Notes: generated by a model not told the origin, from the sequence alone. A stretch of 32,000 nt of DNA from Hungatella hathewayi (GCF_025149285.1 NZ_CP102274.1); one strand, 5' to 3'. Shown: positions 1 through 9,950, numbered from the stretch's first letter. Program-made: numbers and translations.

Positions 1-57
1 TGTAGAAGATGAGAATTGATTTATCGATAGACAAAATAGAGAAAATGTCTGGTTTTG

Positions 58-87
58 CGACACCATATTCACGGTGTCGTTTTTTTT
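58..87 (+). terminator. Intrinsic terminator of an upstream gene outside the window
   Basis: CGACACC (58-64) / GGTGTCG (73-79) stem followed by a run of T. Confidence 0.75.
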
Positions 88-185
88 GACATTAAAAAAT
101 TCATGTATGGTGACAGGCCAGATGAAGTATGCTAATATTAGGCTATGAACAGTAACCGATTGATGAGGTAAGAAAGGAAACGGAT

Positions 186-1919
186 ATGAAGAAGAAAAAT
201 GGACTGGGAAAAGCGATTGTCTGGGGCGCAGCGGCAGCGGCAGCCGGTGTAGCGGCAAAAAAGGCATACGATAATTCAAAAAAGAGACAGGAAGAGAAAG
301 TAGAGAACGTATCGGATCAGGTTATGGAGAACCGCAGTTACGAAGGAAAGAACGCCTATTTTGTTGGAGGCGGTCTCGGAAGCATGGCAGGAGCGGCGTA
401 CTTAATCCGTGACTGTAAGTTTCCGGCAGAGCAGATCACAATTTATGAAGGCATGCATATCCTCGGCGGCAGCAATGACGGAATCGGCACTCCGGAAGGC
501 GGATTCGTCTGCAGGGGCGGCAGAATGTTAAATGAAGAAACGTATGAGAATTTCTGGGAGTTATTTGGTTCGATTCCATCACTCAATAACCCGGACAGAA
601 GCGTGACTGAGGAGATATTGAATTTTGATCATGCACACCCGACGCATGCGAAGGCTCGTCTGGTCGATAAGGATGGCAATATCCTTGATGTGAAGAGCAT
701 GGGATTTACTCAGGAGGAGCGCATGGCTCTGCTGAAGCTGATGAACACACCGGAGGATAAACTGGATGATATGACGATCGAGCAGTGGTTTGCGGACATG
801 CCGCATTTCTTTACCACGAATTTCTGGTATATGTGGCAGACGACCTTTGCATTCCAGAAATGGAGCAGTCTGTTTGAATTCCGCCGCTATATGCGCCGGA
901 TGATTCTGGAATTTTCCCGGATTGAGACACTGGAAGGCGTAACGAGAACCCCGTTAAATCAGTATGACAGTGTTATCAAACCTCTGGAGACGTATTTGAG
1001 AGACAAAGGTGTTCATTTTATTGAAAACTGTACCGTAACGGATATTGACTTTGCAGATGGCGATGGAATTACTGTAAAAACTCTTCATCTGGATGACAAC
1101 GGAGAGGAAAAGGCCGTGGAACTCCAGGAAGGAGATATCTGCATTATGACCAATGCGTGCATGACGGACAGCGCGACTCTGGGCGATCTCCATACACCGG
1201 CTCCGGAACCGGAATTAAAGCCGATTTCGGGTGAACTCTGGAGTAAAGTGACAATGAAGAAACCGGGACTGGGGAATCCGGAACCATTCTTTGGCGATGT
1301 GCATGAGACGAACTGGGAGAGCTTTACCGTGACGAGCCGTGGAAATAAGCTGTTAAAAATGATTGAGAATCTCACAGGCAACGTTCCGGGAAGCGGAGCT
1401 CTGATGACATTTAAGGATTCAAGCTGGCTGATGAGTATCGTTATCGCAGCGCAGCCGCATTTTATCAATCAGCCGATGGATGAGACCATTTTCTGGGGAT
1501 ACGGTCTGTATACGGATCAAGTGGGCGATTATGTGAAGAAACCGATGAAGGATTGTACTGGTGAGGAAATGCTGACAGAACTTCTTCATCATCTGCATAT
1601 GGAAGATCATCTGGATGAGATTATGGCTGATGTGGTCAATGTCATTCCATGCATGATGCCTTACGTAGATGCGCAGTTCCAGCCCCGTAAGATGACAGAC
1701 CGTCCGAACGTGGTTCCGGAGGGATCAACTAACTTTGCCATGATCAGCCAGTTTGTGGAGATTCCGGATGATATGGTATTTACAGAAGAATATTCCGTAC
1801 GTGCGGCCAGAATCGCGGTATATACATTGATGGATGTGGATAAGGCAGTCTGCCCGGTTACGCCATACGTAAAGGATCCGAAGGTGTTATTAAAAGCAGT
1901 ACAGACGGCATACCGTTAA
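186..1919 (+). CDS. ohyA: Oleate hydratase (MCRA family, FAD-dependent) with a hydrophobic/basic N-terminal extension
   Basis: 577 aa; FAD-binding VGGGLGSMAGAAYLIRD, ITIYEGMHILGGSNDG and WYMWQTTFAFQKWSSLFEFRRYMRR motifs typical of oleate hydratases. Confidence 0.93.
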   Translation: MKKKNGLGKAIVWGAAAAAAGVAAKKAYDNSKKRQEEKVENVSDQVMENRSYEGKNAYFVGGGLGSMAGAAYLIRDCKFPAEQITIYEGMHILGGSNDGIGTPEGGFVCRGGRMLNEETYENFWELFGSIPSLNNPDRSVTEEILNFDHAHPTHAKARLVDKDGNILDVKSMGFTQEERMALLKLMNTPEDKLDDMTIEQWFADMPHFFTTNFWYMWQTTFAFQKWSSLFEFRRYMRRMILEFSRIETLEGVTRTPLNQYDSVIKPLETYLRDKGVHFIENCTVTDIDFADGDGITVKTLHLDDNGEEKAVELQEGDICIMTNACMTDSATLGDLHTPAPEPELKPISGELWSKVTMKKPGLGNPEPFFGDVHETNWESFTVTSRGNKLLKMIENLTGNVPGSGALMTFKDSSWLMSIVIAAQPHFINQPMDETIFWGYGLYTDQVGDYVKKPMKDCTGEEMLTELLHHLHMEDHLDEIMADVVNVIPCMMPYVDAQFQPRKMTDRPNVVPEGSTNFAMISQFVEIPDDMVFTEEYSVRAARIAVYTLMDVDKAVCPVTPYVKDPKVLLKAVQTAYR

Positions 1920-1932
1920 TTAGATCAGGATG

Positions 1933-1967
1933 CCGGGAAGCAGAGCAAATCTGCTTCCCGGTTTTTT
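1933..1967 (+). terminator. Intrinsic terminator downstream of ohyA
   Basis: CCGGGAAGCAG (1933-1943) / CTGCTTCCCGG (1951-1961), 11-bp perfect stem, then TTTTTT. Confidence 0.9.
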
Positions 1968-2109
1968 GATTACTTTTTTGATACATCCATGAATCTTCCA
2001 AAAAATGAAAGAATTTTACGGATTGCAAGAAACTTAAATATATGATATGCTATAGACTGCGCTGTCTGCCACAGACAGACAAAGAGAAAAGATATGGAGG
2101 GAAAGTAAC

Positions 2110-3783
2110 ATGAAAAAAATGGCACTTGTATTAGCTGCTGTTCTGGCTTCCGGTATGGTTCTGACCGCGTGCGGCGGATCCGGCAATGGGGCAAAGGAAA
2201 CAACAGGTAATCAGGCATCGACCACAACTACAACAACAACCGGCGGACTTGATCTTGCTGTTCAGATCGGACCTGATCCGGAGACGGTAGATCCGGCTTT
2301 AAACACAGCAATTGATGCATCTAATGTCATTCTGCATGCATTTGAGACGCTTCTTACCTTTGACGAGAACAATGATATTGTTCCAGGACAGGCTGAATCT
2401 TTTGACGTGAGCGATGACGGACTTACTTATACATTCCATCTTCGGGATGGCTTAAAGTGGAGCGACGGCTCTGATTTTACGGCGGAAGACTTCGTTTATT
2501 CCTGGAAGCGTCTGGCAGATCCGATGACTGCGGCTCCGTATGCGGCAGACATGCTGTCTATGGTAAAGGGATATGATGAGGCCGCAGCAGGTGATATTGA
2601 TGCTCTTGGGGTATCTGCACCTGACGCAAAGACTCTGGTAGTAGAATTATCCAGTCCTTGTGTTTACTTTGATAAAATCATCACTCATGCAAGTATGGCT
2701 CCTGTGAAAAAGGATGTCGTAGATGCCAATGGCGATCAGTGGGCTCTGGCTCCTGAGACCTATATCTCTAACGGACCGTTAAAGATGATCGAGTGGGTAC
2801 CGGGATCTCATATGACTTTTGCAAAGAACGAAAATTACTGGAACGCTGATAAAGTTACCTTAAACTCCTTAAAGTTCGTTCTGATGGAAGATTCCAACGC
2901 AGCTTACAGCGCTTACCAGACTGGCGAAGTGCAGATGATTAAGGATATTCCGACGGAGGAGATTCCGAGCCTTCAGGATAGTCCGGATTACCATCTGGAT
3001 CCTCGTCTTGCAACTTCTTATACAATCTTTAACACACAGAAGGCACCGTTTGATGATGCAAAAGTGCGTATGGCCCTGAGCCTTGCCGTTGACCGTGAGT
3101 ATGTAGCAAATACGCTGATGATCGGCACGGTTGCCCCGGCAACTAACTTCGTAGGCCCTGGCATCTCTGATGCAGAAGCTGGTTCTTCCTTCGAAGAAGT
3201 AACACGTAAGAATAACGGCGGAGACTTCTTCAATGTAAATAATTATGAAGCTGACCTGGAAAAGGCAAAAGAACTGCTTGCCGAAGCTGGATATCCGAAT
3301 GGAGAAGGCTTCCCGATTATTGAGTATATGACAAATGATGCCGGATATAATAAACCGGTTGCAGAATATTTACAGAGCGCCTGGAAAGATCTTGGCATAA
3401 CCATGGATATCAAGATCGTAGAGTGGTCTACCTTTACACCAACCCGTCGTGCCGGTGATTTTGAAATCTGCCGCGGCGGCTGGGTATATGACTATGATGA
3501 TCCGTCCAATATGCTGAACTTACTTGCAAGCACCAGCGGAAACAACGATGGAAAGTATTCCAATCCGGAAGTTGACAAGCTGCTTGAAGAAGCTCGTTCC
3601 ACGGCTGATAAGGCAGAGCACTATGAGAAGCTTCATGCTGCTGAGAATCTGATTATGGAAGACGCAGCAGTTTCTCCGCTTGTATATTCCAGTGACTTCT
3701 ATCTGCAGAATCCGAAGTTAAAGGGAACATGGCATTCTCCATACGGTTACTGGTACTTTATGTACGCAACCATGGAAGAGTAA
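2110..3783 (+). CDS. Peptide/oligopeptide ABC transporter substrate-binding lipoprotein (OppA/SBP family 5)
   Basis: 557 aa; lipobox-like LTACGG; LAVQIGPDPETVDPALNTAIDASNV and LTYTFHLRDGLKWSDGSDFTAEDFVYSWKR motifs; no permease or ATPase genes adjacent. Confidence 0.92.
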   Translation: MKKMALVLAAVLASGMVLTACGGSGNGAKETTGNQASTTTTTTTGGLDLAVQIGPDPETVDPALNTAIDASNVILHAFETLLTFDENNDIVPGQAESFDVSDDGLTYTFHLRDGLKWSDGSDFTAEDFVYSWKRLADPMTAAPYAADMLSMVKGYDEAAAGDIDALGVSAPDAKTLVVELSSPCVYFDKIITHASMAPVKKDVVDANGDQWALAPETYISNGPLKMIEWVPGSHMTFAKNENYWNADKVTLNSLKFVLMEDSNAAYSAYQTGEVQMIKDIPTEEIPSLQDSPDYHLDPRLATSYTIFNTQKAPFDDAKVRMALSLAVDREYVANTLMIGTVAPATNFVGPGISDAEAGSSFEEVTRKNNGGDFFNVNNYEADLEKAKELLAEAGYPNGEGFPIIEYMTNDAGYNKPVAEYLQSAWKDLGITMDIKIVEWSTFTPTRRAGDFEICRGGWVYDYDDPSNMLNLLASTSGNNDGKYSNPEVDKLLEEARSTADKAEHYEKLHAAENLIMEDAAVSPLVYSSDFYLQNPKLKGTWHSPYGYWYFMYATMEE

Positions 3784-3823
3784 TCAAAGATAAGAGACAT
3801 CGCAGATTTACAGAAATATAGAA

Positions 3824-3868
3824 AGGGTTCCGCCACTATTCAGACATTGTGGCGGGACCTTTTTCTTT
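3824..3868 (+). terminator. Intrinsic terminator after the substrate-binding protein
   Basis: gggttccgccac / gtggcgggacc imperfect stem followed by TTTTTC. Confidence 0.7.
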
Positions 3869-3938
3869 TGGCGGGAATGTCGGCCCTGCAGTCGTATATG
3901 CTGCCTTCGGGGAGGTACATCCCACTCTAAGGATAGTA

Positions 3939-4499
3939 TCACATGAGTTCAGGATCGTAATGCGCCCGCTCTCCGCCGATAAATTTAGGCCTGGTTCTTG
4001 CGCAGACGACACGGGCGGCACCTACGTACCTGGTCGTGATGCGCACCGGAACCGCCACCGGTTTTAAATGCATGCCAATCAGGGTGTCTCCGATATCAAT
4101 GCCGGCTGCGGCCTGGATATGTTCGACTGCCACCGGATGCCGTAACGTCCGGTAAGCGGCTGTGGCAAAAGAACCGCCGGCCTTTAACTGGGGAACTGCG
4201 TTCACCGGTTCATAGCCATAGCGTGCGGCAGCTTCCGCTTCCAGAATCAGGGCACGGTTTAAGTGTTCGCAGCACTGGGCAGCCACGTCAATGCCGTGTG
4301 ACGACATAACCTGATAAACAGCGGTGAATACAGCCTCGCCGATCTCTTCACTGGAGTGGGATCCGATGCGGTATTCCGCAATTTCACTGGAAGAGCAGCC
4401 GATCACTACAAGATCGTGTTCTTTCAGATGAGCTGCCTCCAACAATTCCGCGGCGGCATCGGCCGCCTGCTTACTGATATCTTCTAACATGAATTTCAC
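3939..4499 (-). CDS. TIGR01440/UPF0340 family protein (YwlG-like)
   Basis: 186 aa; VVIGCSSSEIAEYRIGSHSS, DVAAQCCEHLNRALI and PVRITTRYVGAARVVCARTRPKFIGGERAHY motifs. Confidence 0.85.
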   Translation of the reverse strand: MKFMLEDISKQAADAAAELLEAAHLKEHDLVVIGCSSSEIAEYRIGSHSSEEIGEAVFTAVYQVMSSHGIDVAAQCCEHLNRALILEAEAAARYGYEPVNAVPQLKAGGSFATAAYRTLRHPVAVEHIQAAAGIDIGDTLIGMHLKPVAVPVRITTRYVGAARVVCARTRPKFIGGERAHYDPELM

Positions 4500-4520
4500 A
4501 CTTTCTTTCTGCGTTTATCA

Positions 4521-4940
4521 TTATAATGCGGCGCGGATCGCAACGGCCATATCTTCATACTCCTCATCGGTCAAGTAGACCTTGTCCGGATTCATGGCAA
4601 AGGTTCCGCCCCATTCATCCCCGCCATTATACTTGGGAACAATATGCATATGGAGATGGCAGCCGGTATCGCCGTAAGCGCCATAATTAACCTTGTCCGG
4701 CTGGAATACCTTGTGTACCGCCCTGGAAACCTTTGCAACATCTGCAAAAAATGCGCTGCGCTCGTCATCGCTGATATCGATCATCTCACTGACATGGTCT
4801 TTGTACGCGAGAATGACTCTGCCGCGTTTGCTCTGTTCCTTAAATAAATATAAAAAACCTGTTTCCATTTCGCAGACCGGATAACCAAATTTGGCAACCA
4901 GTTCTCCCTGCATACAGTATGCGCAATTCGGATCTTTCAT
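4521..4940 (-). CDS. HIT family protein (histidine triad hydrolase)
   Basis: 139 aa; terminal histidine triad GCHLHMHIVPKY; CxxC near the N-terminus. Confidence 0.9.
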   Translation of the reverse strand: MKDPNCAYCMQGELVAKFGYPVCEMETGFLYLFKEQSKRGRVILAYKDHVSEMIDISDDERSAFFADVAKVSRAVHKVFQPDKVNYGAYGDTGCHLHMHIVPKYNGGDEWGGTFAMNPDKVYLTDEEYEDMAVAIRAAL

Positions 4941-4981
4941 AATATTAGTACCTTCTTTCTTATATTTTTATTATTCTGGCT

Positions 4982-5851
4982 CTATTTTATCAAACTAGAG
5001 TGGGGATGGGAAGAGGGCAGATCGTTAACTTTCTCAATATAGAGATTAAACAGCAGGTCAAAAAAGTAACTGACACCGTATCGGGTATATACATTTTGAA
5101 TTCCCTCGGTAATGCGGTCACTGGAATGGAATTTGTGACTGAGATAAATGACACTGTCATAGCAGGATTCAAATTTTTCGGAATGGTTGAGGGTAATCAG
5201 TACTTTGTGGGCGTGAACGTTCTGCAGATCAGTGAGTGTGGCGATAGCGTAATTACCGGTAGTGGAGGTGACAATGACCAAATCCTCAGGTTTAAGATTC
5301 CGAAGGAGATTTGTATCGGGGTAGGCGTCGGTAACAATTCGAATCAGCTTGCCGATGGCAGCCAGTCCCTGCTGCAGTACTCTTGCCGGAAAGCTTGAGA
5401 GATCTGCGGCCAGGATGACGACCTGTTCACTGTCATGAATGCGTTTGACGAGAACCTCCAGATTTTGAGAGGCAAACATCTCATTCATATCCTGCATCAT
5501 GTCATCCATGGACAGGCGAAGATACTGATCAAATTCCGGATGACAGGCGTAGTGAACAAACGCATCCATGTGCTGCCGGGTTATCGGTGCGTTCTGCTTC
5601 ATCGCAGTAAAACTCTCATAGCCGATTAGCTTGGCAAATCGTTGAATACTGCTGCGGGAAACGTAACATTCCTCTGCCACATCATAGATACTCAGTTTTT
5701 TTAATTCATGAAAATGTTCCAGCAGGTACCTTGCCAACACCAGATTGGTGTCGTCATCTTCATTGGAATTCAGGACTGCCAATAAAGATGTCATCAAATT
5801 AAAATAACTCAAACTAAAATTGTTTTGGATTTTATCTGTGCTCATAGCCAA
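4982..5851 (-). CDS. MurR/RpiR family transcriptional regulator (N-terminal HTH plus SIS-like domain)
   Basis: 289 aa; DVAEECYVSRSSIQRFAKLIGYESFTAMK HTH; VIVTSTTGNYAIATLTDL SIS-like motif; divergent to the GH1 gene. Confidence 0.85.
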   Translation of the reverse strand: MAMSTDKIQNNFSLSYFNLMTSLLAVLNSNEDDDTNLVLARYLLEHFHELKKLSIYDVAEECYVSRSSIQRFAKLIGYESFTAMKQNAPITRQHMDAFVHYACHPEFDQYLRLSMDDMMQDMNEMFASQNLEVLVKRIHDSEQVVILAADLSSFPARVLQQGLAAIGKLIRIVTDAYPDTNLLRNLKPEDLVIVTSTTGNYAIATLTDLQNVHAHKVLITLNHSEKFESCYDSVIYLSHKFHSSDRITEGIQNVYTRYGVSYFFDLLFNLYIEKVNDLPSSHPHSSLIK

Positions 5852-5969
5852 ATCATATCACAGGTTTTTTATTCTGTCATCGGTATTCACAATAAATTCT
5901 TTTGTAATCTCCTGAAAATGCAGTAATTTTAACAAAATATGGATTCAAATCTTGCACCCCATCGTTTTC

Positions 5970-6006
5970 TTACCTTTGTTACACTGGTTATATGAAACAA
6001 AGGTAA
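5970..6006. promoter_or_regulatory. Candidate operator between the RpiR-type regulator and the GH1/PTS operon
   Basis: Perfect 11-bp inverted repeat TTACCTTTGTT (5970-5980) / AACAAAGGTAA (5996-6006) flanking a TTATAT -10-like element. Confidence 0.55.
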
Positions 6007-6041
6007 AAACGGAACACAAATTTTGAAAGGGGACATAATTT

Positions 6042-7517
6042 ATGAAGTATTCAAAGAATCCGGTATTTCCAGAAGGCTTTCTGTGGGGAGCCTCCAGCGC
6101 TGCATGGCAGGTAGAGGGGGCGACTGCCGAGGATGGCCGCACTCCTGCGATTATCGATCTGAATTCTCAGACCAAAAAGCCTTATGCAGATAATTCGGTG
6201 GCATCTGATCACTACCACCATTATAAAGAGGACGTGGCTCTGATGAAGGAATGCGGGTTTACCAGCTACCGTTTTTCTATTTCCTGGTCCCGTGTTATTC
6301 CTGCAGCGGATCGTAAGGTAAACCCTATGGGAATCGCCTTTTATAACAATCTGATCAACGAACTGCTGGCAGCGGGGATTACTCCCATTGTCACACTGTA
6401 TCACTATGATATGCCCTGCTGGGTCGATGAGAAATACGGCGGCTGGCATAACCGGGCCATTATTGATGAATTCGATTATTACTGCCATGTCTGCTTTGAG
6501 AACTTCGGTGACCGTGTAAAATACTGGCTGTCCATCAATGAGCAGAATATGCAGATTGTCTATGGCGACTGGTTAGGCGTATCCAGGGGGTGCACAGACT
6601 GGTTCAGGGAAAAGTGGCAGATCAATCACATTATGAATTTATGCCATTCCAAAGCCGTTATTGCCTGTCATGAGCTGGTAAAAGACGGAAAGATCGGTCC
6701 GGTGCCGGGATATGTACCGATTTATCCTTACTCCTGCCGGCCTGAAGACCAGATTGGCGCAATGAATGCGGAAGAACTGACACAGAAAATATGGGATGAC
6801 TTATATGTATTCCGCGAGTACAGCAGTTTCGTAAAAAATTACTGGAAAGAAAATGATATTGATCCGGACATTCGTCCCGGAGACATGGAACTGATTGGCC
6901 AGGCGAAAATCGATTTTATCGCGGTTAACTGCTATCGGTCGGATGTGGGAATGGCACCTGATGACAGCTATAAGCAGGAAATTGGTCTGAATAAATCCGG
7001 GATCAAGGGTGAATTCGTATATCCCAACCTGCCGGGCGAATATGCGCTGGCCAGAAATCCATACGTAGAAGTGACGGATTGGGACTGGCATATTGATCCT
7101 GTCTGCATGCGCTATGCACTGCGTTATCTGTGGGATCATTACCATCTGCCCATGGTTATCACGGAAGCAGGTTTTGGTGCTCATGAGGATGTGGGAGAAG
7201 ATGGTAAGATTCATGACCAGGCCCGTATTGATTATCTCAGAGAGTATGTTTATAATGTAGGTCTGGCAATTGAGGATGGGGTAGAGGTGTTCGGGTTTAA
7301 TCCCTGGTCTTTTACGGATCTTCTCAGCACCGGAAATGGTATGGCAAAACGTTATGGTCTGGTCTTTGTAAACAGGACAGACGATGATTTAAGGGATCTG
7401 AAGCGGATAAAAAAGGACTCGTTTGACTGGTATTCTGTGTTAATACGTTCTAACGGCCAGGAATGGGGAACCGATATGTCACAGTGGCGTGATTTTGCCA
7501 AAGATAAGGCAGAATAA
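6042..7517 (+). CDS. Glycoside hydrolase family 1, probable 6-phospho-beta-glucosidase
   Basis: 491 aa; FLWGASSAAWQVEGA, YRFSISWSRV, WLSINEQN and MVITEAGFG (catalytic Glu) motifs; next to a PTS EIIBC gene. Confidence 0.9.
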   Translation: MKYSKNPVFPEGFLWGASSAAWQVEGATAEDGRTPAIIDLNSQTKKPYADNSVASDHYHHYKEDVALMKECGFTSYRFSISWSRVIPAADRKVNPMGIAFYNNLINELLAAGITPIVTLYHYDMPCWVDEKYGGWHNRAIIDEFDYYCHVCFENFGDRVKYWLSINEQNMQIVYGDWLGVSRGCTDWFREKWQINHIMNLCHSKAVIACHELVKDGKIGPVPGYVPIYPYSCRPEDQIGAMNAEELTQKIWDDLYVFREYSSFVKNYWKENDIDPDIRPGDMELIGQAKIDFIAVNCYRSDVGMAPDDSYKQEIGLNKSGIKGEFVYPNLPGEYALARNPYVEVTDWDWHIDPVCMRYALRYLWDHYHLPMVITEAGFGAHEDVGEDGKIHDQARIDYLREYVYNVGLAIEDGVEVFGFNPWSFTDLLSTGNGMAKRYGLVFVNRTDDDLRDLKRIKKDSFDWYSVLIRSNGQEWGTDMSQWRDFAKDKAE

Positions 7518-7538
7518 ACAGAAGGAGGGGGTACCGAT

Positions 7539-8924
7539 ATGGCGAAAAAGAATTATGCGGCAATATGCAGCTCTATCATTGCGGTATGTGGCGGTGAAGA
7601 TAATATATCCAGTGTCAGTCACTGTATGACTCGTTTACGCGTACAGCTTTTTGATGGAAACAAATTAAACAGAGAGAAAGCGGGGAAAATTCCAGGTGTT
7701 CTGAACCTGGTGATACAAAATGGTGAATATCAGTTTGTTATCGGACAGGATGTTCCAAATCTGTATGCGGAATTTATCAAACGCGAGGGGATCAAGACAA
7801 GCGGAGAAGTGGCGGATGCCGCTGCATTAAAACAGGATACGGAAGCGAAGAAGGGGAATGTAATGAATACCGTGATGTCCTTTATCGGCGGAACCTTTTC
7901 TCCGGTTATTCCGGTGTTAATTGCCGGGGGGCTTACCGGCGCCGTATTGACACTGTTGACTACGCTGTTCGGAGTATCCACAGAGTCCGGTACTTATACG
8001 GTAATCTATGCAATCAATCAGGCGACTTTTTATTTCCTTCCGATTTTCATCGGTTTTTCCGCGGCAAGCAGGTTGAAGTCCAACGGATTTTTAGGCGCCT
8101 TTTTGGGAGCAATCCTGCTGTTTTCTACTATTAATAACGTGGAGGGACTTAATTTCCTCGGGATTCCTATTCAACAGATCAGTTATAATTCCACGGTATT
8201 TCCAGTTATCCTGGGCGTGCTCTTTATGGCGGTCATTTACCGTTTTCTTTCCAGAGTGGTTCCCGTGTATCTGCGGACGATCTTTGTACCGCTGATTACG
8301 ATGCTGATTACAGTGCCTGTCACTTTGATTGTATTAGGGCCGATCGGCAACCTGATGGGAACCTGGCTGGCAAATGGTGTATTTGCCATCTACCGCGCGG
8401 CTCCTCCTGTTGCTGTTATGATTATCGGAATTACGACGCCGCTGATGGTGTTCTTTGGTATGAATAATGCGACTTATCCCATCGTATTTGCTCTGCTGGC
8501 GGAGGTCGGCTCAGACCCGCTGATCTGCACCGGTATGGCGCCGGCCAATGTAGCTGTAGGGGGAGCCTGTCTGGCGGCTGCACTGATTGCAAAGGACGTG
8601 AATGACCGGAGTGTGGCTACCGGTGCGGGTATTACTGCACTATGCGGAATTACTGAGCCGGGAGTCTATGGAGTATTGTTTACTAAGAAATATCCGTTGA
8701 TCGGCGCCATGGCCGGAGGCGGAATCGGCGGATTGCTGGGCGGTCTGGCTGGTATGACGCAGTACGTGATCTCCACTCCGGGATTTATCTCAATTCCTGC
8801 ATACATCAATCCTGATGGTACTTCGTCCAACCTGATATGGGCTATGGCAGTCATGATTCTTGCAGTAGCGGTTGCTTTTGGTGTTACTTACGTATTAGGC
8901 AGAAGAATGGAGAAACAGAGTTAG
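7539..8924 (+). CDS. PTS EIIBC component (glucose/beta-glucoside superfamily)
   Basis: 461 aa; EIIB phospho-Cys motif SHCMTRLRVQL; EIIC membrane domain; EIIC GITEPGVYGV motif; no EIIA domain fused or adjacent. Confidence 0.9.
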   Translation: MAKKNYAAICSSIIAVCGGEDNISSVSHCMTRLRVQLFDGNKLNREKAGKIPGVLNLVIQNGEYQFVIGQDVPNLYAEFIKREGIKTSGEVADAAALKQDTEAKKGNVMNTVMSFIGGTFSPVIPVLIAGGLTGAVLTLLTTLFGVSTESGTYTVIYAINQATFYFLPIFIGFSAASRLKSNGFLGAFLGAILLFSTINNVEGLNFLGIPIQQISYNSTVFPVILGVLFMAVIYRFLSRVVPVYLRTIFVPLITMLITVPVTLIVLGPIGNLMGTWLANGVFAIYRAAPPVAVMIIGITTPLMVFFGMNNATYPIVFALLAEVGSDPLICTGMAPANVAVGGACLAAALIAKDVNDRSVATGAGITALCGITEPGVYGVLFTKKYPLIGAMAGGGIGGLLGGLAGMTQYVISTPGFISIPAYINPDGTSSNLIWAMAVMILAVAVAFGVTYVLGRRMEKQS

Positions 8925-8931
8925 AGTGTGA

Positions 8932-8992
8932 CAGTTCAGCCTTCACTTCCGGCAGCCGCTGTCCGGTCCTGCCGGAAGTGAAGGCTGAACTG
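8932..8992. repeat. 24-bp perfect inverted repeat (hairpin) downstream of the PTS gene
   Basis: CAGTTCAGCCTTCACTTCCGGCAG (8932-8955) and its exact reverse complement (8969-8992), 13-nt loop, no T-tract directly after. Confidence 0.95.
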
Positions 8993-9086
8993 CTGCGTCG
9001 GATCAATGGGTCCCTGTCGTGCTGCTGGACATTAAAAAAACGGTATGCTATGATTTAAGAAATGCATGAAGCAAAGGGGCAGTCCC

Positions 9087-9923
9087 ATGAATAAATTATT
9101 TACCATCGGTGAGATGGCGAAGTTGTTCGGAATTAATGCGAAAACGCTGCGTTATTACGATGAAATAGGCCTGATTCGTCCGGAACATACAGACCCGATG
9201 ACAGGATACCGTTACTACTCTACTGGGCAGTTTGAACGCCTTAATACTATCAAATATCTGAGAGCACTGGATATGCCTCTGGCTAAAATCAGGCGGTTTT
9301 TTGAAAATAAGGATATCGGTCAGATGATGGAAATATTAAAGGAGCAGCAGGAGGAAGTATTTGTAAGACGGAGGGAGCTGGAACGTATCGAACATAAGAT
9401 CAGTGAACGCCTGTCTCAGCTTCACGATGCACTGTATACCGTTTATAATCGGGTGGAGGAGGTTACGCTGCCGAACCGAAAGCTTGCTGTGCTGCGAACT
9501 GAAATACCCGCTACGGATGACCTGGAATTTCCGATCCGCCAACTGGAACGGCAGACTCAACTGGAGGCCGCCATGTTCTTGGGAAAGGTGGGAGTGTCGA
9601 TTTCGATGGATCATGTGAAATCCCATAAGTTTGATGAATTTTGTTCTATCTTTGTCGTGCTGGAACCGGGGGATTCTTATGATGGAGAAGCTGTGGATAT
9701 TCCTGGCGGGCAGTACCTGACACTGAGGTACTGTGGAACTCATACGCAGTCCTCCTTCTATTATGAAATGCTGCTGAAGGAAATGTCAGAGAACGGTTAT
9801 GAGCTGGGTGGAAATTCGATTGAGATTACGTTAGTGGATGCGGGAATGACAAATGATACTTCCCGGTTTGTAACAGAGCTGCAGCTGCCGGTAAGCGGTG
9901 GGAACAATGCGAAGGGAATTTAA
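9087..9923 (+). CDS. MerR family transcriptional regulator with C-terminal effector-binding (GyrI-like/BltR-type) domain
   Basis: MNKLFTIGEMAKLFGINAKTLRYYDEIGLIRPEHTDPMTGYRYYS; ORF track starts at 9066 but the ATG at 9087 is better placed for the domain. Confidence 0.88.
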   Translation: MNKLFTIGEMAKLFGINAKTLRYYDEIGLIRPEHTDPMTGYRYYSTGQFERLNTIKYLRALDMPLAKIRRFFENKDIGQMMEILKEQQEEVFVRRRELERIEHKISERLSQLHDALYTVYNRVEEVTLPNRKLAVLRTEIPATDDLEFPIRQLERQTQLEAAMFLGKVGVSISMDHVKSHKFDEFCSIFVVLEPGDSYDGEAVDIPGGQYLTLRYCGTHTQSSFYYEMLLKEMSENGYELGGNSIEITLVDAGMTNDTSRFVTELQLPVSGGNNAKGI

Positions 9924-9950
9924 AGTAAAACAGAAATAGTGAGTTAATCG

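Noticed and set aside
1085-1468. Antisense ORFs within ohyA and similar shadow ORFs (6051-6488, 6801-7214, 20465-20878, 22285-22734, 27160-27432, 29274-29903)
   Set aside because: Overlap strong coding sequence on the other strand, no plausible RBS or domain; they are not reported as genes.
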